Both the position numbers and the translations under genes were made by a program. A stretch of DNA of 60,424 nt, counting the filler, from Gonapodya sp. JEL0774 (taxonomy: Eukaryota): the NCBI GenBank assembly GCA_027604505.1. It is 12 parts of 12 records of this genome, joined end to end, with 100 filler letters (N's around TTAATTAATTAA, not from the genome) between each part and the next. Parts side by side here need not be neighbours in the genome. Positions count along the whole stretch, not along the records: positions 1 to 4,966 come from JADIIX010000811.1; positions 5,067 to 10,029 come from JADIIX010000812.1; positions 10,130 to 15,086 come from JADIIX010000813.1; 9 more parts are not named here. The stretch is one strand, 5' to 3'. Shown one piece after another: positions 1 through 11,500 of the stretch (position 1 is the stretch's first letter; each line of letters opens with the position of its first letter). The notes below the pieces were generated by a model. That model was not told the origin of the DNA. It saw only the letters and a list, made by a program, of their open reading frames with translations, and ran no database searches.

Positions 1-1894
1 GGATTCTACACAATCCCACTATCATAGAATCAGGGATCGAAAACTCTCGAAATAATACATTGCTATACCATTATCATCAGAGGAGCGAGCATGTCCGATG
101 GACAGCGGACATCGTGGACTCTCATCGGGCTCACAAGTTACAGTTTTGCGTCTTCACTCTGATATCGTTCAACTGGCTCAATTCTTTTGAAGCGATATTG
201 CTCAGTTCATCATTTAGCCTTTGTGATGACCAAATTGTGGCCGACGGCGGACTTCTTGAGTTGTGTAGTAGTGTGTGTGTGTCACTGTCGCTGGCGGTGT
301 TCGCAGCCGGCGTCCGGGGCGGTTGCTTTCGCCCACCGCAGCAATAACAGCATAGAGGTGATAATATTTTACCATAGTTTTGAATATCCGTCGAGCGAGA
401 GACTGCACCAACCCTGCTGAAAATCGGAGCAGTCGACGTCATCGGTACTCAATGGCAGATCAGATCACGTTGCTTGCTCAAAAACTTAATGGGCGTGATC
501 AGAGGAAGCGCAAAGTGCCGAGAAATAGGTAGATGGTATCATGGAGCGATTTTGAAGAGGATGTACGCGCGAAAGCGTCAGATATTATATGTTTGGGATG
601 GAGCAAACTGGAGTTGAAAGGGATTCCAAGCTTCAGCTTCCAAACCATATCAGGCAATGATGGTTCGAATCTGAATAAACGAAGCGTTAGAATGAGCGTG
701 TACAAGTATCTGAACGTCGAAAGAATGCCGGGAGGGGTTGGGACGCGGTTTTTTCCATCAGTTCATGTGACGTTTGTTTATGTAGTTTGAGTGTCGTCGA
801 TATTCACCTATTATCACAATAACGTGTAGTCTATCTACGATACATGCTAGTCATACACATATCGTTGTAATTTACGCTAGTCGTAGCGCGGAAAGGGAAC
901 ACGTTTTGCACCCTACAGCTCGGTACCACAAATACATAGCAGTGGTCGACGAACAAGCTCGCAAACTCTCAGCAACTGAATTGTGTACTCAGTCCAGTAC
1001 ACTAGAGTCTATCATACTGCAGACTTGAATCAAAACTGGACATCTCCCAGACAGCAAAGTCACATGATTCCGGCACATGTAGTTGTTGATTGATTTGATA
1101 TCGAGGACGGGTTTTCATTGGTTTGAATTTCAAATAGCAGAAACCCGCTTGGGGAATCATGGACGTCAGCCCGCAGCAGTGTAACGCAGGCGACATCCGT
1201 GGCAGAACGACGAGCAAGCCCGCCGCAACTCCGCCAAGGTCCAAAAATGCAATGACAGACAGGACATCCCGATGGGATGTCTTCTAGCTGTCACGCTAGA
1301 AAGAACAGATACTACACTTGATCTTAGCCAATAGGCCTGAGAGGATGCCGAATAATGAATTCCCTCGCCTTATATAGAGCGCCCGGGTTGCTAACTGTGC
1401 ACTGCGCACCGGCCGAAGTACCTTCGCCACCAAAACTGCGGCGATGGCTATTCCGCAGCACATCCACCTTCAGGAGTCGCAGGAGCTCACCGGAATCAAC
1501 GGTCTCTCTCTTGAGTGATCCTAACGGCTCTCATTTTGCTTGTTCCCAATCCTCGAGATCGTGGACTTCGTAAATCTGCCAGAAGCTAGTGATGCCGGTG
1601 ATTCTTCCTCGCCTTGATCTCCTTTCTCTGTGGACTCTTCCTCGGGGTCGCGTCGCTTGCAGGGAACTTGTTGGGAGTCGACGTTGCAGTTTTGGTGGTT
1701 GTCGTCAGAACCGAGAGATTTCTCGCTGCGATTCGATTCGGAATGAAACACGGTAAAATCAAAGACTATTCAGTCATTTCATGACTTAGAGATCGCCTCT
1801 ACAGGCCGTGTGAGCAATCCGCAAAAAGCGAAGGCGAAAGTGAAGGTTCTTCGCATCCCGCATAAGACGGACGCCCGCCGGATGTGAAAAGCCA

Positions 1895-3860
1895 ATGTCA
1901 CATGGATATTTTACGTCAAATACATCGCCAAGCAATGATTACGTCTCGGATTCATCTTCTCCATCATCCGGTGCAACGTCTTCACCGCACTCGGACTCAA
2001 GCACTCCTCACGAAATCAAACCCCTAATGAAGCCACCGGGCGGGAAATCTTCTGCCGCCATTAGAAAGTTATCAAAATCTGCACAGAAACCTGTCTCTGA
2101 AAGTACCACAGGCCTTGGTGGTAGCGTCGCATCGATTTCTGGTATTGAGAGCAGCCCGTCCGGACAAAAATCCTTTCCTGGATCAGTTCAACGGAGACAA
2201 AAGCTGGTCGTGGTGATACTTCTGGCCACCCTTATTACACTGGCAGCTGCAGGTTTCTGTGTTTACAGATTTGCCTTCAGTAATTCGGTCGCTGAGACGG
2301 CTCCAAATTCGCTTGGCAATACCACTTCAAATCCGACCGGCAATAATAACTTGGTGTCCAACATTACTTCAAATACCAGCCGAACTGATCAGATGACGGT
2401 GATGGCTTACTATGCCAACTGGGCGATGTACACCCGACCTACCATAACAACCTTCAACCTCACAGGCGTGTCAGTACTATTCTGGGCCTTTTGGACAGTC
2501 AATGCTGATGGAACCATTCGCTCGGTGGATGAATGGGCTGACTTCCAGATACGGACCAACGGTTCCATCTACGAGCTCAATAAAGTTGTCAAGCCGCGGT
2601 ATGCGGGACTCAAAACCATGTTGGCCATCGGCGGGTGGACTCTCTCGACGAACTTCACAACCGTAGCTGCAGATAGTCAGGCGAGGGCCAGGTTTGCCCA
2701 GAGCTGTTTCAATGCTGTCCAGCAATACGGTTTTGATGGAGTTGATATTGATGTGAGTGATCTTGTTCGGCCATTTGTTCCTTTGGGTTATTCAAACGAG
2801 CTTGAATGCTGCTCCAGTGGGAATGTGGGTCTCACTTTGATGGAGGTCATGGATGCAATGTGGTTCTCATAAGTTTGCGCTCGGATTATGCACAGACCCC
2901 TCTCCCCCCAACGATCCCCCCAATCTCGTTCTCCTCCTCACAGCCCTTCGCCAACTCTTTCAACCGTCCGGCTACCTTATCTCCCTCGCAATGAACCCGA
3001 CGACGAAACCGTATTCCGACTCCCTTCCAGCGATATCTAGCCAGGTTGACTGGTTCAATCTGATAGCGTACGATCTCGCCGGATCATGGGATTCGTATTC
3101 AGGGCTCCAATCGCCTTTGAGAAGTGAGCAAGGAGATCCTTTAGGATCGAGGTGGAGCATAGATGAGGCGGTGAAGGCGTATGTGAGTGCCGGAGTCAAT
3201 CGGACAAAGATTTCACTGGGGATTTCGTTTTACGGGAGGTCGGTGAGTGGAACCAGACAAGTGGCTTTATCTATCATTCTTGAATCGTGATTTGTGTGAC
3301 GCGTAAAATTTCAGTGGCTTGTATCTTCTCAAGAGAATTCTGGTTTGTACAAGGTATGCGCACCGCAGAAAGGCAATGGCACTGTTGGGACTTGCGATCC
3401 TCCCACTGGAGATTTTCTGGATTCAACAATTCGTGAGTTTGGTCTTTTGGACCTCACGTTGGCTTGTTTCTTAAATTCTGTGGCTTGTCTGGTGGAAGCT
3501 TATACCGGAGTATGGACCTATCTTGGCCTCCGGCAATCGGGACCTCTCTCAGGCGGATTTTTGAATCCGAACACCAGCTGGACTAGGTGATTCGCGTCTG
3601 TACTCATATCGTCGTCGAAATCGCTGGCTGATGTGTGCTGCTCGATTGACAGAGCGTTTTGGCCCACCGCACAAGTGCCGACTCTCCTAGGTGCTGCTAG
3701 TAATGGAACATTCAAATTCATTGCATATGACGATCCGGTCTCAGCAGAGGCGAAGACAGTTTACGCTAGAGATAACGGTTTGAAAGGTGTGTTTGCGTGG
3801 GAAATGAGCCAGGACTATCAAGGGGAGATAATGCGGGTAATGGTCAACGCTAGGAAGTAA
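1895..3860 (+). CDS. GH18 chitinase with Ser-rich N-terminus and single TM anchor (multi-exon)
   Basis: Motifs MAYYANWAMY, LKTMLAIGGW, FDGVDIDWEYP (spliced; introns 2753-2817 and 2825-2895), NLIAYDLAGSW, LGISFYGRSW, IAYDD, GLKGVFAWEMSQD. TM segment LVVVILLATLITLAAAGFCVY. Stop TAA at 3858-3860. Confidence 0.95.
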
Positions 3861-3896
3861 TAGTGATAAACTGTTAATATGAGTCGTTAAGCCACT

Positions 3897-4966
3897 TCAT
3901 CCACTGCTCTTTGGAGCACGCCGATCAGAAGTCTGTGGCCGATCGGCACTGATCATGTGGTATACTCCGAAGTTGGTGCGGAGCGTGAAGCGAGACCCAT
4001 TGATTTTGCTTACCATCGCTCTTTTGTGTAAAATGACTCTACCGTTGTCGACGTGGACGGTTCCTGTCTCAGAAAAGGAGCACATGGGGCCGCTGGCATT
4101 TTCTTTGGACCCAACAGTCGCATGAGCTTAAGCCAGCCTCTGATTGGTATCCAAACCAGCCAACAGGCCGAGCATATAGTGAGCTTTGAGGGCCACTGAG
4201 CCCCAGAGGTAGATATGTAACCAGCGTATTGGAAATGTAAGCCATCAAAACAGCGCTGGAAACTTCGTGGGACATTGAAAACCTTGTGATTCGAACAGAT
4301 TCCAAGTATACGATTGGTGTAAGTGCGACAAAATGTACTCGTGGTATTGGGGTCACGGTCTCGGGATGTCCGAAAGTCATATGTAGTGTCTCCCACTAAC
4401 TATCAAAAATGGGAACGAAATGGCTGGCTCAGCTCCCGTGGACTTCCCGTTGCCAATGCAGGTCTCATCGGAAGTATCATCTACATGGTTAGAAATGCAG
4501 AGGATCCGTGCAATTCGTAAGTTTTCTCAGACCTGACAGGCTCTTCCAGAACTCTACCTCACTTGCCCCCGCGTGCAGCTCCATGAGAATGGTCACTCTG
4601 GAGACTATAGAAATGATGAAGCGGACAGATTGGCACGACAAGGAGCGGCACGTCTCAACAGAGTCCGCCCATATTAGAGTATCCGTAACGCTTTTGGCCT
4701 CCTTACTCATAGTACAAATATCAACTGATCCACAACGTATCATGAAAAGGCGCCCGCGGTAATCTGGTGTTTTGACCAAAATGATGTGGGGGACAAAATC
4801 AATGAAATGCGGACGTTGTCGTACAAAATGGCATTTAGACGAACCAAGGACTGGCCCGACAGCTGGTATGTACATACCAATTTGTTTCTAGAATGTCTAC
4901 GAGCCTCTCTGATGCATTCAACACAATTCTCGAGCATGTCGGCACCCCTGTCAAAATTGTCTTTGT
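3897..4966 (-). CDS. 3' part of an unknown multi-exon gene, possibly PH-like domain(s)
   Basis: Several open minus-strand segments convergent with the chitinase. ILMELHAGASEVEFWKSL resembles a PH C-terminal helix. Exon structure not resolved. Confidence 0.25.
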
Positions 4967-5066
4967 NNNNNNNNNNNNNNNNNNNNNNNNNNNNNNNNNN
5001 NNNNNNNNNNTTAATTAATTAANNNNNNNNNNNNNNNNNNNNNNNNNNNNNNNNNNNNNNNNNNNN
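4967..5066. other. Artificial contig-joining linker (first of 11)
   Basis: 44 N + TTAATTAATTAA (stops in all six frames) + 44 N. The same linker recurs at 10030-10129, 15087-15186, 20138-20237, 25183-25282, 30227-30326, 35265-35364, 40300-40399, 45335-45434, 50368-50467 and 55397-55496. Confidence 0.99.
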
Positions 5067-6235
5067 GCGATGGCTTAGAGGTACGGATAGACAGTGTGTT
5101 GTTGAGAGGCCGGATTGTTTAATACTTGGACAATTGCGTTCAGGTGGATCAACAAGATAAACAAGACGTAAAGCGGCAACCCGCCCTCTACAATTTGGTG
5201 AGACTGCGAACTTTACGTGCCCTTTCATTCAACCATCAGTTTGATATTGTATCCTGAACTCGAATTCGCCAGGTTGAAGACGAGTCTGGCGAGGAAGACC
5301 TGTTATACGCCACTCGCCGAAGACGTTTGAAACGGCCGCGGCACCGAAGTTCCTCAGATGAAGACGAAGTGGAGGCACGAGAAGTGACGCACGAGCGGCA
5401 AATACGAAAAGAGGAGGACCGACAACTTTTCGTCAACAAACCTGACCCAGTTCCCATGGTGTCCGAGAGTTCGAGGTGCCTAGACTCGAAAACTCTTGGT
5501 AATGATGCGGGCAAGTGAGCAACAAGCTTATAGCGCCGTGTATCTTGTTTTCTGCTCATGTTACTTGTCAGATCTGCCCGTGCGGTACCAGAGAAGCAAC
5601 CAGCGTCAGATCCTTATGGTTTTGGTTCCAGTCTCGATGACGATGTCATGAACTTTCCACTCGAGTGTGTGGTCTTTTAAATTGCTGCTATTATGTTTGC
5701 GCGCGGCCAACATATCCCACCGGGTGTTTCCCCGATCTAGGAGCGAAAATCCCAAGGTGGAAGTGGAGGGTTCGGTGTTGGCCGCTGCACTATCTCGCAG
5801 CGAGATCACGTCTGCAGCGTTGGATCACCGGGTGAGACTTTTTTCTGGCATATAGCGGTATAAAATCGTATGATCATTTATTGAAATTTAGGAAGAGGCC
5901 GTTACCGTAGAGCTTGTGCATTTTGGGGAGCGAGGGGTGAAACTGCGCATCCCCTACCGTGGTAGCGAGAGTGTTTCTTGGTTGATTGGTCGAGTTCGTG
6001 AATCATTCGAATGTCAAGCCGGGCGCAAGGTGAGCTCAAAACATCAGGGTTGGTGAGCGCCTAATCATACATTCGATTTACACGCCACCAGATCACCATT
6101 TCCAAGATTATTGAGGAGAGCACAAAGGCAACGCTTTGCAAATCGGAAATCCTCTCCGACGTTTTGGACGGACAGGTGGTGCTCGCTATTGAGTCAACTC
6201 AAATGCACCCTCCAAATTGCGACAAAATGATCTGA
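5067..6235 (+). CDS. 3' part of a gene: acidic/basic disordered region followed by a C-terminal ubiquitin-like domain (TONSL-UBL/Par3-HAL-like)
   Basis: Exons 5892-6029 and 6092-6235 (GT-AG) give EEAVTVELVHFGERGVKLRIPYRGSESVSWLIGRVRESFECQAGRKITISKIIEESTKATLCKSEILSDVLDGQVVLAIE...*. An upstream exon reads RRRRLKRPRHRSSSDEDEVE. Confidence 0.55.
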
Positions 6236-6568
6236 TTTGGGCACTTGTGCTGAATTGAACTGACCAACCAAATCCCCGTTCATTGAAGATACTAAGTATC
6301 ATAATTATATGTATTTGAAACCATGATTGCATGCTGCCAGCATTCTGGCATTTATAAGTAAGGGTGCCAGATAATTTGTCCAAGCTGCTGGAGGGGAGCG
6401 TGGAGAGTCTCTCAAACAGGTGTTGATTTGAGGTGACAAGATCTTTCACAGCCGCAACAGCGCATCGCAGACGAATTACTCTCTGATAGCTGTAGACTGC
6501 CAGGGCGAGGTCTTCCGATCGGCTCGGCTTCTAGAGTTGCGGGGCCCATCGAAAATTCCATTCCACGA

Positions 6569-9500
6569 ATGCCTGTCGAAATCGATGACGAGCCTTCGGT
6601 TTCTGAGCAAAGACAAAGCGCCGATGACTTTTACCTCTTGAATGCAGCAACGAGTTTGGGTGGGTGGGAATCCAAGGTCGCGGATGATGGTCGAACAAAG
6701 CGGGTGTACTTACCTGGGGTTGAATGTATTGGTAAGTCGGATTTCTGGAAACTCAAACTTTGACGTATCATGTGCTGATGCGTTTTTTTCACCCCGTGCT
6801 ATGTAGGGTGCCTTCGTGACCTGAAGCGGTATCTTCGTCGCGATGATAAGAACAAGTCCAAACACGTCCTGCGGCAGCTTGGGAGTTGGCGAATTGTTCA
6901 GAAGGATCTTATCCCAATATTGACTCAATATGTAGATGACCCGAAACTCTCTTCGGCCGTCGGTGAGTTCAGTCTGGCCTGAAGATTTCAGTCATCATGT
7001 GGATTCGCTCATCTCCGGAGTCGCAGTTGAGCTACTAGTACCTATGACATGGCCCATTGATCTTGAGAGTGACGATGTCCCTGGGCAGCACGACATCCTT
7101 TTGTCTTACAAAGAAGCTTTCTGTCGGGAAGGTGGACCATTGCGATCAGTCTTCAAAGTGCTTCTCACAACTATGGCCGTTCCACATAGGTAAGGGGTTG
7201 ACTGTGATACACGAATTACTAACGCGTATGCATCAAATGCGAAAACTTTCCTATAATGCAGGACCCGCACTGATCGGGATCATGGAGTCATTCGCATGTG
7301 CCTGACACTGTTCCTGAATCTCCTTCTCATAAAGGACCCGTCAGCGGCGCCGGGTGCTAGTGCTGAGGAATACCTTCGGTCAACATTGCAGGAGGAACTC
7401 ATATGTCGTATGAAAGAGGATAAAATCTTGGATTTCTTGGTCACCCTGACTGGCTCGACAGACGACAGGGAGTTCGAAGAATGGAACATGATCGCTGCTG
7501 AGATTCTTTACAATGTATTTCTTGGCTGGGGGGTGGCAGAGATCTTCGACTCAAACGTGAGACCATTGAAGAACTTGTACGCCGGTATCTGTCTTGAACC
7601 AACGGGTTTCGACAACTACACACCACCTCTCGCTATCGTTTTCTCGCTAGGCTCGCTCTCGCCGCATTATTGATGCAATTGAGAAAGAGAAACAACGGAA
7701 GCGCCGTGATACCCCTCAACAACCAACGAGGCACTCAAGGTTTGGTGGGGCATTTTCTTTTCGCATGAACGTGAGTGTTTTAGTAGCAATTTTTCACTAA
7801 TGGTTCCATGTTGATGTTATTTTTGATCCTATCTGTATTTTAGGATGGCCAAATGGTCAATATCAGCCCGAACCTGGCATTTGCCAATGTGAATGCGGCG
7901 CTTGACAAGGGAAAGAAAGAGCGGACGAAGAGAGCAGAAAAGGGCGAGGTAAATCCCATTTAGCTTTGAGATGGCGCTTAGTCCTCATTAACGTGTTCGT
8001 CCAACAGGACGAGCATCACCAACATCGGGCGATCGGATCAGAGCGCACACGTTCCGTACTCAAGGAGTTTGCAGAGGCGCTTCTGCAAAGTTCCTTCAAC
8101 AGTGAGTCATTGTTTTTTGTCGTGTGAATCACGAATCGTCTCATTTGTGTTCCCCCACAGTATTGATGCACTCGATGAAGCGAGATTTTGATCGAGAGGC
8201 AGCCAAGGTTCGCAAGGATGACCGAGCGCGGTACCTCTGGCTCTCGACGTTTTTCTTGGAGGTCCAGAGAGAGTCATACCGGAAGGTGTGCTAGTGGCCC
8301 CACACGACGTCCTCAGATGCCTACTCGTACTTAGCAGTTCGCTACCAGGTTCTCGCAGATTTCGTACCGCCTCCCAAACCTGACAGTCAAGGCGACAGTG
8401 CGAATTTCGAAGAGCCTGATCTGGAACCACCAGAAGATTACAGCTTCGACTCAGTGGCCAGCATTGTGGACCTCCGCACTCTTGCCTTCATCGTCAAGCA
8501 AGTTCGCCAATACAATGAGGATAAAGAGTGGACGTTGTTGCATATCGCGGTAGATTGCTTCAAAGAGATTGTGAGATCACTGTTCATGTGACTAAGTTTG
8601 AGCAGATCGCGCGACACTTCAATGCCCATTTCGCTGAAGCTCAAAACCCTCGACGACATGGCTGCATGCCAATTTGACGACTTCAAAGAGGTTTCTCAAA
8701 GCCTCCAACATAATCTTTACTATGAGGCCTCAACTCTAGAGCTGATTGAACAGCTACTGAGAGGGTTTAAACCTATCAGGCACAAAAAGAGGTGAGACGG
8801 TTGGATATCTCAGTTCTAAACTCATTATGGAAATCATTATTCTGTCTTTGAAGCTATTTACTTTCTTTGGTTGAAACCACGCACGTGTTTCTCCGTATGC
8901 TAGAGCGATTCTCGCGAAAGAAAGGGGTGCTTTTCGTGCGCAAAAAAGTTAAGCGAAAAGCCAAACGTAAGACTCACACTGGACCAAAGTTCGCGGGTCA
9001 AGATATTGCTGAGATACCGGATGTCACCAACAGTGAGCATTGGGGGAGATTTGCCGTCCTGCATGCTTCCCCCCATTTACAGTTGAGATTCAGGACTGAC
9101 AGAAGAGGAGGTAGCTCCGAAAACGCAAGATACTCTCAACGGAGGCTCCACAGATCCCCAGAACCCAGAGGGTGCGGACGGGAGCAGCATTATGCAAAAG
9201 CTGTCAGACGACGCTGTCGCCGTAAATGACGAGGAAGATGAGGACTCTGCCGAAGAAGAATCAACTCATCAATACGTGGAACATCAATTTCACTTTGAGA
9301 AACTTGAAGTGGTGAGGAGCAGACTGTTACAAATTTTAGCACCGATACGAAACGACGATAGCGCTATTCCTACAGAAATTCGCTTCTCAATCCGTTATCG
9401 ATGCTTATTGCTATCTTCTCCGAGATTACAAATCGCTAACCTCCCCCCAACTCCACATGATAACTAAGATGATGCATCGTATAGCTGTTCGCCTTCGATT

Positions 9501-10029
9501 CAATGGCCTGTTCTTCCACGTGTCGACACTTGCGTTGTTCAACCGGATCCTTCAAGATCGGCGACAGCTGCCTTCCGATTCTGGAGGAAAGGAGTTGGTG
9601 GAATGCTTGACATACTGCGTGAAGAAGTTTTTCAAAGCAGCCTCGACAAACCCTTGGTTGATGTGGGATGTGAGTATCCGCTACTGCATACTGGTTCAGC
9701 GAATCCGACTAACTTGAGATCGGCAATATTCAGATATTCTTCACGAAGTCAAAGGGGGACTGTCGGATCTTGGAATTCGGAGAAGATGAACTGATGCGAA
9801 TGGAGCAGGAGAAAATGAGAGAGCGCATTGAGTGCAAGTGAGCTCCTCTTGCGCTTCTATGCACAGTTGTATACTCACACGATACTGCTGGACTTTCAAG
9901 GTCGGACGAAGAAATTGAAATTAAACCTGGTCTTACGTGGAGCCAAGAAGTTGGTGTCAGTGTGGGAGTACTCGTTGAAACCGACCAAAAACATCTCGTC
10001 CTGTGGCTTGTTGAGGTGAGTGCAACGAA
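6569..10029 (+). CDS. TOF1: TIMELESS/Tof1/Swi1 replication fork protection protein (3' truncated)
   Basis: Spliced N-terminus LLNAATSLGG...YLPGVECIGCLRDLKRYLRRDD...LGSWRIVQKDLIPIL...VELLVPMTWP. Also TRHSRFGG, SQSLQHNLYYE, LVETTHVFLRMLERF, ITKMMHRIAV...GLFFHVSTLALFNRIL. Confidence 0.95.
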
Positions 10030-10129
10030 NNNNNNNNNNNNNNNNNNNNNNNNNNNNNNNNNNNNNNNNNNNNTTAATTAATTAANNNNNNNNNNNNNNN
10101 NNNNNNNNNNNNNNNNNNNNNNNNNNNNN

Positions 10130-10501
10130 TTTGATATATCTTGTAGCCGATCTCTGTGTTATGCTCGTACCTGGTTGTCGTGGTGGATCGATCCGTTAAT
10201 CATCAAACCAAAACCTCAACCACGCCCGGTCCCGCGAAAGAATCACAACTCACGTTCCAGTGGGAGTATAGGCATTCGACGGCACGATTGTCGCAGCACA
10301 GCACGTAGCAGCAACCATTGGCTCCGACATTCTTGAAGAGTGGTGGCTGCAGAGGTTGGATGTCACATGTAGAGGAGATTGGAACACGATCGTTGGATTG
10401 GCAGGTCGGCTAGCGAAAACTGGTGATCGGGAAGCGAGAGCAACAAGCAGCAATTGCCGCAATGCTCTTGCCCGACGAGAAGGAAGGGTTATTAGGGACA
10501 T
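10130..10501 (-). CDS. Dienelactone hydrolase family protein, paralog A (5' fragment)
   Basis: MSEPMVAATCCAATIVPSNAYTPTGT|YEHNTEIGYKIYQ (ATG 10330; in-frame upstream ATG 10501). Clearly homologous to the + strand gene at 11675, with the same first intron position. Confidence 0.85.
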
Positions 10502-11500
10502 GACTGTTTCTGGAGTTTACCTGCGTTGTTTTAGGTGAGGGAGCGGTGGCCACAGGGACTAGAAGGTTGGTCGAGACACACTGTTCTTCCGTTTTTATCA
10601 ACCAGGATCGGTTCTCACATCTCTTGCGCAAGACTTGTGCATGATATTCAACGTGGTGGGAAGCTCCTCACTTGCGTACATCCAACCTACGATTAATTAA
10701 AGTTTGGCCGCAGGCAAGTTTCGTGGACGACGCGCCCACATCGGCGCGAGCTCCTGAATCTATCCACGGGACGCACTGAAATACTTAATCATAGCTTCCT
10801 TGTGCACTCTTTCTAGATATCGAGAAAAACTATGGGGGGAATAGCGAGCTTGATCAAATGCAGATGCTGGCGCGAGCCGGACGCCACCTCTGGCCTTCAG
10901 TGCGCCTGAAGCTCCATGTTTTTGCACCTCGATATACACTATTATAGCACGCTACGTCCGGACTGCATGGTTTACACCGAGTGGATGAGTCAGCGTTCTG
11001 GAACGCCGCAGGTGCCCATTCAAGTATCATATTATCCAGTGGCAGACGTGGCAATTCTAATGCGAGTACCATGGATCGAACGATAAGAAGGAGAATTCCT
11101 AAAGTCCTTCAAAGTACATATCTTGATCCGCCGGAAGGAAAGAGTTAGAAATAAATTTGGCATCAATTGCCGAATATATACTCGGCATAGCCTGCAGTGT
11201 GGGCACAACGGAGTTTATGCAGGCTCATAGACGACAGATCTTATTATACACACTCGTGCCTGGAAGTAGAATGATGATGAATGGCTCACCGCGGTTGTAT
11301 ACATGTGGACGATCTCCGTTCGACCATGAATTCCGCCATTTCGCACGCCAAGAATCTTTCTCTGGAAGTTTTACTGTGTTATCAGTGTGGTGTCGCTCTA
11401 ATAATTGGAGTTGCCGCTCGTCCTCCGATATAGTTCCCTACATATATAGAGCTGGCCAATGCCTAAATACGTCTCTACTCAAGAGTTATGGAAAAGTACA

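Noticed and set aside
662..671. GGTTCGAATC B-box suggesting a tRNA or SINE
   Set aside because: The flanks do not form a T-stem or acceptor stem, and no cloverleaf is visible.
1263..1281. Hairpin GACATCCC-gat-GGGATGTC upstream of the chitinase
   Set aside because: A single 8-bp stem is compatible with chance, with no supporting context.
5011..5022. TTAATTAATTAA recurring every ~5 kb as a biological repeat or array
   Set aside because: Always centred in N runs; it is a standard six-frame-stop assembly linker.
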